DNA of 63,378 nt, counting the filler, from Octopus bimaculoides (taxonomy: Eukaryota): assembly GCF_001194135.2 (NCBI RefSeq). It is 7 parts of 6 records of this genome, joined end to end, with 100 filler letters (N's around TTAATTAATTAA, not from the genome) between each part and the next. Parts side by side here need not be neighbours in the genome. Positions count along the whole stretch, not along the records: positions 6,721 to 30,187 come from NC_068982.1; 6 more parts are not named here. The stretch is one strand, 5' to 3'. Under the pieces are notes generated by a model. That model worked only from the letters and a program-made list of their open reading frames with translations. It did no database searches and was not told the origin of the DNA. Of this stretch, positions 13,338 to 26,020 are shown one piece after another. Each line of letters starts with the position of its first letter. Positions within the stretch are counted from its first letter, which is position 1. The translations under genes were made by a program, and so were the position numbers.

Positions 13338-13914
13338 GATGTAATGTATCCAAAGGTGTGTATGTAAATGATAGGAAGTGCCTACTGCAAGAATCAAACG
13401 GCACTTATGAGAGGAAGACGGAGGAAGCTAGAAGATTGGAACAGCTAATGGAAAGNNNNNNNNNNNNNNNNNNNNNNNNNNNNNNNNNNNNNNNNNNNNN
13501 NNNNNNNNNNNNNNNNNNNNNNNNNNNNNNNNGCTTCTCCCTCCGCCCCCACCCTTCTCTCCCGTCACCGCCACCCCACTTTAAAGGTTCTTTCTGTTTT
13601 AATGGGTAGGTTTACAATTACCTGGCATTCTGTTGAAATACAATGTCTGGGGCAGTTTGAAGAAGGGTTGCAGATACAGAGATAGGGCGGGGTGAGGGTG
13701 GAGGTGGGCGGCGGCAGTAGTGGTGGTGGTGGTGGTGGCTATGAAGAGAAAGTGAGGTAGTATGTGAAAGAATGGAATGAAAGGGAGAATGGATAATGTG
13801 AGAAACGAGGATGATGATGATGATGATGAGGGGGAGGAGGAGGCAATGCAGGGATGAAGGAAGATCAGTAAATATGCCGGAGTTGAAAACCTTGACCGCA
13901 GCATTAGAAATTAA

Positions 13915-14050
13915 TTAAGCTGGCAGAATCGTTAGCATGCCAGAGAGAATGTTTAGCAACATTTCATCCATCTTGGCACCCTGAATTCAAACCTGCCAAG
14001 AGTGACTTAGCCTTTCAGAGGTCAATAAAATTAAGTACCAGCTGAGCACC
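13915..14050 (+). mobile_element. SINE family B, CpG-decayed
   Basis: gctggcagaatcgttagcatgccag...aaattaagtaccagctgagcac. Confidence 0.65.
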
Positions 14051-14532
14051 ACTTTTCCATGCTTGCATGGGGACAGGCGGATGTTGGATGCCTTCCCTGT
14101 CACCAACTCTCACCTGTTTCCAAGTAAGGTAATGTTTCTCCAGAGAAGATTGTAAACAAAGGACATCACTTGTCCAATAGTGATGCTCAATTACAATTGT
14201 GAAGACAAAGGGACACGGGACACACACACACACACACACACACAAATCACCACCACCACCATCATCAGTTTAACAGACATTTTTCGATGCCAGCATGGGT
14301 CAGACAGAGTTTGTCGAGGCAAATTTTCTATGGTGAGAAGGCCCTTCCTGTTGCCAACTGTTTCCAAGTCTGTTTGTCGTCCTTCGTTGCCTCTGCAAAC
14401 CAATTCAATCATGAAAGTCACAACGCACCTTCTCTTCAAATGCTGAAGGCACCAGGCTTGGGCACCCATTAATGGATACCTATGACTCTGAGAGATCAAA
14501 CAATTAAATGTAGACTTGATCATCTATTTTGT

Positions 14533-15218
14533 TTATCTTTTACTTGTTTCAGTGATTAGACAGTGGCCATGCTGGGGCACCACCCTCAAGAGTTTTTCGT
14601 CAAATGAATTAACTCAAGTAGTATTTTTTTAAAGCCTGGTATTTATTCTATTGATCTCTTTTGCCAAACTGCTAGGTTAGAGGGATGTAAACATACCAGC
14701 ACCAGGTAAAGACACACACACATATATGCTGAGACCCCCTTCAGTCATGACTGACCATGGGATTGCACCTAGAGGGTTCCCTTCTGAGGCACAAGTCCAG
14801 GCAAGGTTGTTTATGGAAGCCCAGCAGTAGCCCATGCATACCAGCCCCTCCACCTCCATGCCACTGATGTTATCCAGGGGAAAGGCAAAGGGGCTGATAC
14901 AGCTTGGCACTTGTGACATCACAACTCATTTCTACGGCCAAGTAAACTGGAGCAACGTGAAATAGAGTGTCTTGCTCAAGAACACAACATGCAGCCCAGT
15001 CTGGGAATGAAACTCACAACCTCATGATCATAACCACTAACCCTGAGTCATGCACCTTCACACACACACATTTATATATATTTATACACGAAGGGCTTCT
15101 TTCAGTTTTCATCTACCACTCACAAGGGTTTGGCTAGCTTGAGGCTATAATAGAAGACACTTGCCCAAGGCGTCATTCATTGAGACTGAACCTGGAATCA
15201 TGTGGTTGAAAAACAAAC
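14533..15218 (-). mobile_element. SINE family C containing a nested family D SINE
   Basis: The family C 3' half lies at 14533-14720 and the 5' half at 15070-15218. They are separated by family D inserted in the internal (CA)n. Confidence 0.7.
14731..15059 (-). mobile_element. SINE family D (nested)
   Basis: Homologous to 54954-55247, with a tRNA-like head at the right end (B-box-like gtttcattccc). Confidence 0.7.
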
Positions 15219-15857
15219 CCATTCTCCAACTGACTGGCTTACTGTAGCATAACATATGGTAACCCAAGAGAGATGAAAGTCAAAGTTGACTCCTGCAGGA
15301 TTGGAACACTGAACTCAGAGAAACAAATCTAAACTCTGATAAGACATTGTTATTATTATTATTATTATTGCCCAAGTATTCCTGACCTGTGAGTTTATGT
15401 CGAACAGCTACTGTCACGTGTAGGACAGATCTGGCTATCAGCTGAATCCAATGTGAAGATTGACCCGCCGACCTCCTTTAACCGGGAGGGCAAGGCAATT
15501 TTCATTTGTCTAGTGACTGTAGCGAAAGAGGTGGTATGGTAGACCTGTTTGAAAGGGCTAAAGTCAGACACTTTCCTCTTTGGCCAAGGCCTCATCAACT
15601 TTTTCGAAGGTGAGAGTAGAGAGGGAAGTGCTGTCTCAGCAAATTTATTGAAAAGTGGGTGAATGTCGGTAAAATGGCCAGTATGAACGGACCAATTTTG
15701 AGGTTACACCTGTAAAAAAGAAGGTAATATAAAAGAAGAAGGGGCTCTCTATCCCCTTTTTGACCAAGCTCCCGTGGCTTTTATGGGTTTTTCCATGAGT
15801 ANNNNNNNNNNNNNNNNNNNNNNNNNNNNNNNNNNNNNNNNNNNNNNNNNNNNNNNN

Positions 15858-16060
15858 TCAAAGCGCCCCCCCCCTATTGGGAGTTCTTTCTAAATGTTAT
15901 ATTTTTCGCTATTATTTTAGTGTTTACACAGACGTTTCTTTTTCGAAAAACCCTTTGTACTTTTCGTCCTGTGTTTGTCCTTACATGTTTTTGACTTATG
16001 TTAGCCCTTGCGGCCAATAAAACCAGAATTAATTATTATTATTATTATTATTATTATTAT
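15858..16060 (+). mobile_element. LINE-like 3' end with (ATT)n tail
   Basis: Ends gtcctgtgtttgtcc...gcccttgcggccaataaaa followed by (att)n. The CpG-retaining unique sequence at 15390-15800 may belong to the same insertion. Confidence 0.4.
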
Positions 16061-17027
16061 CAGTCCAGCATTCAACACTGTCTTGGTTAACCAGACTTTT
16101 GGAGGTATTCAGTATCTTTAGGATAACATATTATCTCTTGAAATATTAAAAGTCTGTTCTGCCAACTTCTATANNNNNNNNNNNNNNNNNNNNNNNNNNN
16201 NNNNNNNNNNNNNNNNNNNNNNNNNNNNNNNNNNNNNNNNNNNNNNNNNNNNNNNNNNNNNNNNNNNNNNNNNNNNNNNNNNNNNNNNNNNNNNNNNNNN
16301 NNNNNNNNNNNNNNNNNNNNNNNNNNNNNNNNNNNNNNNNNNNNNNNNNNNNNNNNNNNNNNNNNNNNNNNNNNNNNNNNNNNNNNNNNNNNNNNNNNNN
16401 NNNNNNNNNNNNNNNNNNNNNNNNNNNNNNNNNNNNNNNNNNNNNNNNNNNNNNNNNNNNNNNNNNNNNNNNNNNNNNNNNNNNNNNNNNNNNNNNNNNN
16501 NNNNNNNNNNNNNNNNNNNNNNNNNNNNNNNNNNNNNNNNNNNNNNNNNNNNNNNNNNNNNNNNNNNNNNNNNNNNNNNNNNNNNNNNNNNNNNNNNNNN
16601 NNNNNNNNNNNNNNNNNNNNNNNNNNNNNNNNNNNNNNNNNNNNNNNNNNNNNNNNNNNNNNNNNNNNNNNNNNNNNNNNNNNNNNNNNNNNNNNNNNNN
16701 NNNNNNNNNNNNNNNNNNNNNNNNNNNNNNNNNNNNNNNNNNNNNNNNNNNNNNNNNNNNNNNNNNNNNNNNNNNNNNNNNNNNNNNNNNNNNNNNNNNN
16801 NNNNNNNNNNNNNNNNNNNNNNNNNNNNNNNNNNNNNNNNNNNNNNNNNNNNNNNNNNNNNNNNNNNNNNNNNNNNNNNNNNNNNNNNNNNNNNNNNNNN
16901 NNNNNNNNNNNNNNNNNNNNNNNNNNNNNNNNNNNNNNNNNNNNNNNNNNNNNNNNNNNNNNNNNNNNNNNNNNNNNNATTTATGAACAAATGTAAATTG
17001 TTGTGTATGCTTTGTCTATACAGACAT

Positions 17028-17065
<38 letters not shown>

Positions 17066-17498
17066 ATAGTGCTCACAATGAAATTCTAGACTTGGTGGTG
17101 GTGGCGATGGAGTGGATGCTTGTATGTGTTGTGAAAATATAGACAGACACACAGACACCAGCTTCTCCACATGTCTCAAAACTTCCCAAGTTCCTTCATT
17201 CTTTCCACCATAATACACAAGGGAGAGAGAGAGAGAGCGACTCTATTGTTAAACATGAGGGAGAGACTGCACTCATTGTCACACCTGAGGGAGACACTCC
17301 ACTCATTAGAGCTGCCCTCATTCACACATCACTGTCAGCATCTAACAATCCGCCCCCCCCCATCTCTTTAATATCTCAACATCTGCTTTTAATACAAAGT
17401 CTTACCATTCTTTCTTCCAAGGATCTCAGGAATGTCTTCTGGATGGGGAGAAGGGAGAGCGAGGAGGGAGGGTTTATCAACAAAACTTTTTTTATAAT

Positions 17499-17860
17499 CC
17501 TTTTACTTGTTTCAGTCATAAGATTATGGCCATACTGGGGCACCACCTTGAAGAATGTTAGTCAAAGAATCAACCCCTGTACTTGTCCTTTTCAAGCCAT
17601 TCGTATTTTGCTGAACTGCTAAATTACAGGGATGCCAACACACCAACACTGGTTGTCAAGCAGTGCTGAGACACACACACACACACACACATATATATGA
17701 TGGGCTTCTTTCAGTTTCCGTCTACAGAATCCACTCACAAGTCTTTGGTCGGCCTGAGGCTATAGTAGAAGACACTTGCCCAAGGTGCCACACAGTGAGA
17801 CTGAACCTGCAACAATGTGGTTGGGAAGCAAGCTCCTTACCACACAGCTACTCCTGTGCC
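17499..17860 (-). mobile_element. SINE family C
   Basis: Full-length copy on the minus strand. Confidence 0.75.
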
Positions 17861-17944
17861 TATAGTATACAATAAGCATATTATTAATATTATTATTATT
17901 ATTGCTATTACTATTATTTATTTATTTATTATTATTATTATTAG

Positions 17945-18273
17945 AGCGTGGCCGTTGCCAGTACCGCCTGACTGGCTCCCGTAGGATTTTCGAGTGAGAT
18001 CGTTGCCAGTGCCCCTGGACTGGCTTGTGTGGGTGNNNNNNNNNNNNNNNNNNNNNNNNNNNNNNNNNNNNNNNNNNNNNNNNNNNNNNNNNNNNGTAAA
18101 AGCACCCACTACACTCTCTGAGTGGTTGGCGTTAGGAAGGGCATCCAGCTGTAGAAACTCTGCCAAATTAGACTGGAGCCTGGTGTAGCCATCCGGTTTC
18201 ACCAGTCCTCAGTCAAATCGTCCAACCCATGCCAGCATGGAAAGCGGACGTTAAACGATGATGATGATGATGA
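17945..18273 (+). mobile_element. Family A repeat (spans a gap)
   Basis: Near-consensus copy ending gcggacgttaaac(gat)n. Confidence 0.75.
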
Positions 18274-18274
18274 T

Positions 18275-18475
18275 AAGGTGATCTGGTAAAATGGTTAGCA
18301 CAGAGGGCAAAATGTTTGGCAGCATTCTGTCTGTCTTCATGTTCTATATTCAAATTCCACCAAGGTCAGCTTTACCTTTCATTCTTCCAAGGTTGATAGA
18401 ATAAGGACCAGCAGGACACTGAGGTCAATGTAATTCACTTAACCTGAAATTACTGGCCTTGTGCCAAAATTTGAA

Positions 18476-18480
<5 letters not shown>
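18275..18480 (+). mobile_element. SINE family B, CpG-decayed
   Basis: Similar to the other family B copies, with the tail ggccttgtgccaaaatttgaaa. Confidence 0.6.
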
Positions 18481-18509
<29 letters not shown>

Positions 18510-18858
18510 TCATCCTCATCCTGATTATCAACATTATTCACCATTTTTTATTCATTATTAAAATATAAGACAGCTGCTAGCAATGCCAGGAAATCCCATT
18601 TACCATATGTTGAGGAAAGGGGGGAGAAAGAGAGAGAGGGAGGAAGAGAGAGAAGGTGAGGAGAAAGTGGAGAGAGAGAGAGAGAGAGAAAGAGAGGAGA
18701 AAGGAAAGAGAGACATGTAAGAAAACAAGTTTACTTGTTTAACTATTTTGGGAATCAGGTAAAAAGGAACTTTTGATTCCAGATTCCTTGGTCAAACACA
18801 TCTGAAGATCTAAAGACATGATGTGGAATATACATCATGCCATGTGTATATATATATA

Positions 18859-18889
<31 letters not shown>

Positions 18890-20740
18890 CAATGTGTGAT
18901 TCTTTGAAGTTAGCTAAGATAAGCACCCAAAGGTGGCGGCAGCAACATATTTTCGAATGAGTAATACCAGATGAAGTGTTTTGTTCAGAACCTTGTTGTG
19001 AAATGACCAAAATCGGTAACTAAGGAACTGAAGACTTCCGTGAAGTTGTTCTGTCGCCAACTGAGTTTATGGAAGTGGATCAATGGAAGTAGATCAATGG
19101 AAGTGGATGGTTGCTGTAAGCCTGGCCTTTGCAGCCAATGACTTGGTCCTCAACTTGGTCAGTTGTGTCGTTCTTGAAGGGTTTTGTGTCTTAAGTGGGA
19201 ATAGTGGCAGTGTTCATGACTCATCGACCAAAAGTCTTGTAGCTCAGCAGATTCATTGTGAGTGAAGACCAGTGGAATAAAAATAATAACTGATTTGAAA
19301 GATAAGGGTTGGTGACAGAAAGAGCATCCAGCTGTAGAACTCTGTCTCATTACTTCTTGTACAACCCTTGCCAGCAGGTAAAAAGCTAGCATCATCATCA
19401 TCATCGTCATTTAATGTCCATTTTTCATGCTGACATGGGTTGGACAGTTTGACAAGAAACGGTAACTCGGAGAGCTACACCATGGTCCAGTTATCTGTTT
19501 TGGTATGGTTGCCATGGCTGGATGTCCTTCCTAATGCCACCACTTTACAGAGTGTACTGGGTGCTTTATGCATGGCATCAACATAATGGTGGCATTGTTT
19601 TAGTGAAGACCTTCCCTTTCCAAAATAGGAAGAGGTGAACTCAATACCATAAGGTGAGTGAACTGTCATTAATTTAACTGTGCTCCCACTGTTTATAGGA
19701 ATTGTACCACTGGGCTATTTCTTTATTTCTGCTGTTTCTTTTGGTTGTAAGCTGCCACTAATGTACTCAGCTCACTCATATTGGTTTCAAATTTTGGCAC
19801 AAGGCCAGCATCAAACTACATCGTAAATTCAAAGGAACTGTCTCCAATGTAACCACAAATACAAGAGACCCTCTTTCTAAACCCATCAAGACTTTTATGG
19901 TTGGTTTGGTTACTGTTTGTGTAACACGACTTTTATATGTTTCCTATTTGGAAATAGATAATAAATATATTTTACTTTTGAAGTAGGAATATATATTGAT
20001 AAACCTGTCACTTATAACTTACTGATAATTGTTATCATTTATACATAAATCCTGACTCCAGCTACATAAACACCATAGCAAGAAATATATACTCTGAAAC
20101 GCTAACGGACATTTTATGCGTGCATGTATGTTGAAGATTCGTGTTCTTTTAACCGCTATAAGAAATACAGTTTCATAATTGCAGAAATAAATTTCATTAA
20201 CAAGTTGAAGAACGGGAAGAAAGAGAAAATAATTACTACATTAGTTTATTTATCTACATTTAGCATTTATAGTACAATTGGAAAGTAAAGTCATTTTGTC
20301 GTAGAGAATTACGACTTACAATTCACACTTAGCTAATCCTTCATACTAACTACTAGAGTTAACAACAATTCAAATAAATCTTGTTGGATTTAAGTCATAG
20401 ACATGGCATAAAAAATAGCCAATATCTCAAGGAGTGAGTGTCGTGGAGTTTAGTAACATCCTATGATCACTGAGTAATTTCCCCAAAATCAGGGGTTTTA
20501 TAACTGCTCATATCCGAATTCTAAGAACTGTATTTCGTGAAAGATTTCTTTGCCAAAAGTTTAGAATTCGTATATGAGCAGTAATTTTAACCAATGGGAT
20601 TACCAACAATTATGCTTGTTTGGGCAAAAGACCATTACGTCATATTGCCGCCTTTTATGACTTGCTACAAGACCATTCCTGACTCAACAGTCTTGGCAGT
20701 AGAAGAAAGAAAAAATCTCAAAAATTAATTGGCAGCTTAC

Positions 20741-20867
20741 CTCTGAAAAACAGATCTTGAATACTTTCGGCCCCTTGACAAAGGACTCCCCAAATATCTG
20801 CCTCTGTCAGTGGGCCTGTGTTCTCTATTATGTCATACAACGAGACGGATATACCCAAAATTGGCAT
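20741..20867 (-). CDS. PTPN13: PTPN13-like gene, first coding exon (KIND domain N-terminus)
   Basis: Encodes MPILGISVSLYDIIENTGPLTEADIWGVLCQGAESIQDLFFR+G. This closely resembles the PTPN13 N-terminus (VSLAEALEVRGGPLQEEEIWAVLNQSAESLQELF, from memory). It ends at a phase-1 donor AGAG|gtaagc. Only the KIND domain is visible, so orthology versus FRMPD2/KNDC1 is not proven. Confidence 0.85.
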
Positions 20868-20909
20868 TTTTGATTGTTTAGTTTTTCGTTCTCCGACTTC
20901 TTTTAAATT

Positions 20910-20945
20910 CTGAAGGCTGTCGAAAATAAGGAAAAGAGAAAAGTT
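20910..20945 (-). promoter_or_regulatory. Candidate 3' splice site upstream of the PTPN13-like start codon
   Basis: The minus strand reads ttttctcttttccttattttcgacag|ccttcag|aattt about 45 nt before the ATG at 20867. This is a long pyrimidine tract with two tandem AGs and implies an upstream exon. Confidence 0.45.
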
Positions 20946-23831
20946 TAAAAACTTCAACCAAAATACACTTTTCTAAGAAATAATTAACAGCAACAGACAC
21001 AGTATTAATAGCAGAAGACAATGGTTATCCCCACTTAAAAGTGGACTTTGTGTTAGAACACAGGATACTGTGACAGTTGCTACGACTCTCAATGGTAACT
21101 TTTGCAAGATTCTATGTTCCAAATCCCAGAAACCATTTTTGCCCCCATTCTGATTAACAAAAATAATATCAAGCTCATTCAGTCTGCTAAAAATAACAGT
21201 CAAATTTCCTTCAAATGGTACTGAATTGTCTTAACTCTTTAGCATTCAGATTGCTCTGTCAAATATCTCATTTATTCTCATTCTTTATCATGCATTATCT
21301 CATAGCTTTGAGATATTAATGGTGTGTGATTGTTTAGTTTTAGAATGACATTGTAGGATGGGTGTGAGAGGCTGAATCTGGTTGGTGGGCCTGATATGGC
21401 CTGTTTAAATGCTAAAGGGTTAAAGAAGTTTATGCTGGACAATGTAATTTCTGATCCATAAACAGAAAGGATGGCCATAGTTGGAACAGCTTTGACCATA
21501 GATCTCCTCAATTAGAACTGACCAAAGGTTAAACTATTTCATACATTTGTAATGTTACAGATGACATGAAACTGTGATCAAGAGAGGGTTTTATAATTAG
21601 GGGTACAACAACAACAGAAATGACATCATAGAAGGTTACAATTAGTACAACATTGCATCATGCTGTATGTAATTTAGTACGGTACTGTATGGTGTTATAC
21701 TAGTATAAAAATATTAGTATAATATTGTATGATGTTAAACGAACTTGGAAGATTCTGATCTCACCCTAAGAAAACATCTTAGGAAGACACAATGTTATTT
21801 TAACATTAAAAAATAAAAAATAAAACCAGACTCAAAGACTGAGAATGGTATCAAGAAGTGCTGCTGCACTGCAGGATGGCATTCACTGAGGCATTACCGA
21901 TATCTTCAATCTGTTTTTCCAACAACTTTATACTTAGAAACCTTCTGTCACCATGTTGCCAGTACTTTATCTACAGACAATAAAAACCAACCAAAGCCTG
22001 AAGTTGGATACAATCTAACAGGATTAGGATAACAGATGGCCTAAAAGAGATCATCTATCTGTAAATACAGGTTTGTGATAAATTAACAAATAAAGATTAG
22101 AACAGTACTAAACAGATAAAAAATAAATGCTAAATATAAAACAATGAAAGGCCTTTTGTACAGAAGTCTGCGTTGGTCAAAGAGGAAATCACATCAGCCT
22201 TTGTTGCAGACAATCTGAATAATTTACTAATGGTAAATAGGAATTTTTTGATGAAGTCTTTGATTACTATAAAAGCTGTTCTGATTACATGTAGAATGTT
22301 ATATGAAGACATTCTAATTTAGAGAAATAGCAACTGAGGAATTGATGCAAAGGTCAGGAGTTCAATCTCTACCACAGCTGATTGACTTTGAAGTTACAGT
22401 CAAATACATTATTCAACTTGGGCTTCCACGGAGACATAATTACTCAAACAGCTAAAAATAACAGCTAAATGTCTTTCACTTGTCCCTCAACTATTTTTAA
22501 AAAATAATGGAGCACAGTGGATAATGTAGTCCAAGATAGACAATGTGTGATAAAAATATTACATTCATTTAGTCTAAAAATACACATCAGGTAATGAATG
22601 AAGACGGAATCAGAAAATGGAGTGGAACCAAGGAAACTTTAAACAGATGTACTTGCCTCCTGTACTTAGAAAATCTGTACTCACTGGATGCCCACCCCTG
22701 CACCCCACCCCACCCTAAACTTCGTATCCTACAGGGATGAGCTGCATATAAGTGTTGGTTAATACACACACACAGAAGGTGAGGTACTTANNNNNNNNNN
22801 NNNNNNNNNNNNNNNNNNNNNNNNNNNNNNNNNNNNNNNNNNNNNNNNNNNNNNNNNNNNNNNNNNNNNNNNNNNNNNNNNNNNNNNNNNNNNNNNNNNN
22901 NNNNNNNNNNNNNNNNNNNNNNNNNNNNNNNNNNNNNNNNNNNNNNNNNNNNNNNNNNNNNNNNNNNNNNNNNNNNNNNNNNNNNNNNNNNNNNNNNNNN
23001 NNNNNNNNNNNNNNNNNNNNNNNNNNNNNNNNNNNNNNNNNNNNNNNNNNNNNNNNAAAGATAAAAGAAAAAAAAACATGAAATTCTTCCTTTATTCTCA
23101 GATAACTGATTCCTCCTGCTTCTGTGTCTATAAAAATGCCTGGTTTGATGTAGAGATGGCAAAACATCAGACCACCACCACCACCACCACCCCCACCACC
23201 ATTACCACCACCACCACCATCGCTGCCATAGCTGCCACACCCTGGATATTTTAAGAAGAGTGTTTTGAAATAGCAACCAAGATCTCCCTCATATCACACC
23301 TTTACAGTATTAAAAAGGGAACAGACATTCTGGTAATGAAGTCCCTGACAAACTGGAATGGTGGTCATGCTTGGAACACCTTTGATTTTAATTATAATTG
23401 CAGGATAAATAATTGAATGGTCAATACCAAAAAATATTTTTTAAAAACCCACCAAAACAAACTCAATTTACTACTAGCATGCATACAGATAATAACAATA
23501 GTTGCAGCTTCTTAAAAATAGCAGCTAAATCTCCCTCAAATCACATTCCACTGTTTTGGAAAAAGAGAAGGACATATCAAATAATATAATCCTATTATGT
23601 CTTTGGAAAGATAAGATGTTATGCCCCTCAAAAGACAGGATAGTCATGGCTGGAATAGTTTTGATCGTAGGTCTTGCTCAAGTAAAGCACAAGATAAGAA
23701 TGGGAATAAAACGTTTGACAGAGTATGCTAAAGGGTTAAACATACTTAAGACATAATGTGTAGTTTGGGGAAGATTTGGCTGCGATTTCTAACAGGACCA
23801 GCTACCATGTAGAAGTCTTCCTCATTGCTTC

Positions 23832-23883
<52 letters not shown>

Positions 23884-24934
23884 NNNNNNNNNNNNNNNNN
23901 NNNNNNNNNNNNNNNNNNNNNNNNNNNNNNNNNNNNNNNNNNNNNNNNNNNNNNNNNNNNNNNNNNNNNNNNNNNNNNNNNNNNNNNNNNNNNNNNNNNN
24001 NNNNNNNNNNNNNNNNNNNNNNNNNNNNNNNNNNNNNNNNNNNNNNNNNNNNNNNNNNNNNNNNNNNNNNNNNNNNNNNNNNNNNNNNNNNNNNNNNNNN
24101 NNNNNNNNNNNNNNNNNNNNNNNNNNNNNNNNNNNNNNNNNNNNNNNNNNNNNNNNNNNNNNNNNNNNNNNNNNNNNNNNNNNNNNNNNNNNNNNNNNNN
24201 NNNNNNNNNNNNNNNNNNNNNNNNNNNNNNNNNNNNNNNNNNNNNNNNNNNNNNNNNNNNNNNNNNNNNNNNNNNNNNNNNNNNNNNNNNNNNNNNNNNN
24301 NNNNNNNNNNNNNNNNNNNNNNNNNNNNNNNNNNNNNNNNNNNNNNNNNNNNNNNNNNNNNNNNNNNNNNNNNNNNNNNNNNNNNNNNNNNNNNNNNNNN
24401 NNNNNNNNNNNNNNNNNNNNNNNNNNNNNNNNNNNNNNNNNNNNNNNNNNNNNNNNNNNNNNNNNNNNNNNNNNNNNNNNNNNNNNNNNNNNNNNNNNNN
24501 NNNNNNNNNNNNNNNNNNNNNNNNNNNNNNNNNNNNNTCTCATTATCATCATCATCATCATCATCATCATCATTTAACGTCCGCTTTGCATTCAAACTGG
24601 CCATATCTGGCCCAAATATTCTGCTTTATGTCCCAAGTGGCCAGGTTCAGCCTCTCACACCTATCCTGTAATGCCATTCTAAAAAGAATCAGCCACATCA
24701 TCAAAATCTTAAAGCTACAAGATGCTGCATAATAAATTCAAAATGATGTTACTCAACAAGCATTACATTTGGCAGAGAAATCTGAATGCTAAAGGGGTTC
24801 AGTTTGAGGAAAATTTAGCTGCTATTATTAGCAGTCAGAGGAACCATATATAAGCTCCCCACTCCCCACCCCAGGCTGGTTTATTCAAGAGCCTGGCTGT
24901 ATATCTTCCCTTTTGTGGAACCCAAGTGAGAACT

Positions 24935-25065
24935 TAATACTGACCCTAGGGATTAGCTAAATGTAGAGATATCTATCTAATACTAACACAGAAGGGAAAC
25001 CTAAGACAGGGGGGAAACTAATACTAACAAACCCTAGGGAGCCCCACGCCTTTCATAATACTAAC
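24935..25065 (+). repeat. Four TAATACTRAC motifs spaced 37-43 bp apart
   Basis: Motif starts at 24935, 24978, 25019 and 25056, with dissimilar spacers. CCCTAGGG follows units 1 and 3. Confidence 0.65.
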
Positions 25066-25293
25066 AACCCCTTCTAAGAACTTGAGAGCTGCTACAACAG
25101 TGACTACTGCAATGGGTGGAGGAAGGGGGGAGAGATAATTTAGACATTCAGGAAGTCTGCTGTATCTCACAATAGACACGTATATACACCCAGCCCTGAT
25201 ACATTAGGGTACCACAACCCCCACCCAAACCATTCTCTACATCACCCAGTTAACAGAAGTAAAGGGTTGCATTTCCTCCCTCCCCTTGGAACC

Positions 25294-25403
25294 ATAAATA
25301 TTCAAGCCACTTTCCAGAGATACACACACCCACAGCTGTATATATATATATATATATACAGCTGTGGGTGTGTGTATCTCTGGAAAGTGGCTTGAATATT
25401 TAT
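25294..25403. repeat. Perfect 110-bp palindrome centred on (TA)10
   Basis: ataaatattcaagccactttccagagatacacacacccacagctg-(ta)10-cagctgtgggtgtgtgtatctctggaaagtggcttgaatatttat. Confidence 0.9.
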
Positions 25404-25466
25404 ATATATATAACACACACTCACTCAGGCCACAACTACATATATGCACGCATGTGTGTGCATGTG

Positions 25467-25503
<37 letters not shown>

Positions 25504-25940
25504 NNNNNNNNNNNNNNNNNNNNNNNNNNNNNNNNNNNNNNNNNNNNNNNNNNNNNNNNNNNNNNNNNNNNNNNNNNNNNNNNNNNNNNNNNNNNNNNNN
25601 NNNNNNNNNNNNNNNNNNNNNNNNNNNNNNNNNNNNNNNNNNNNNNNNNNNNNNNNNNNNNNNNNNNNNNNNNNNNNNNNNNNNNNNNNNNNNNNNTGAC
25701 TTTTACGGCCATCTTTCCCTCTTTTACAAACCAAATTCTACACAAGAGATAATGGAGGGGTGGTGGTAAATATAAGTCATCATCATCATCATCATCGTTT
25801 AACGTCCGCTTTCCATGCTGGCATGGGTTGGACAGTTTGACTGAGGACTGGCGAGCCAGATGGCTGCAAATCTACAATATTTTATTTCTCTTCCAGCCCA
25901 ACAACTATGATTACTACCACTTCCACCACCGCCGCCGCCG

Positions 25941-26020
25941 CCACCACCCACACACACGATTACCTCTACTCTTACCACCACCACCACCCACACACACGAT
26001 TACCTCTACTCTTACCACCA
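25941..26020 (+). repeat. Exact 40-bp tandem duplication
   Basis: ccaccacccacacacacgattacctctactcttaccacca x2. Confidence 0.9.

Noticed and set aside
24935-25065. CRISPR array
   Set aside because: The repeat is only 10 bp, the host is eukaryotic and there are no cas genes.
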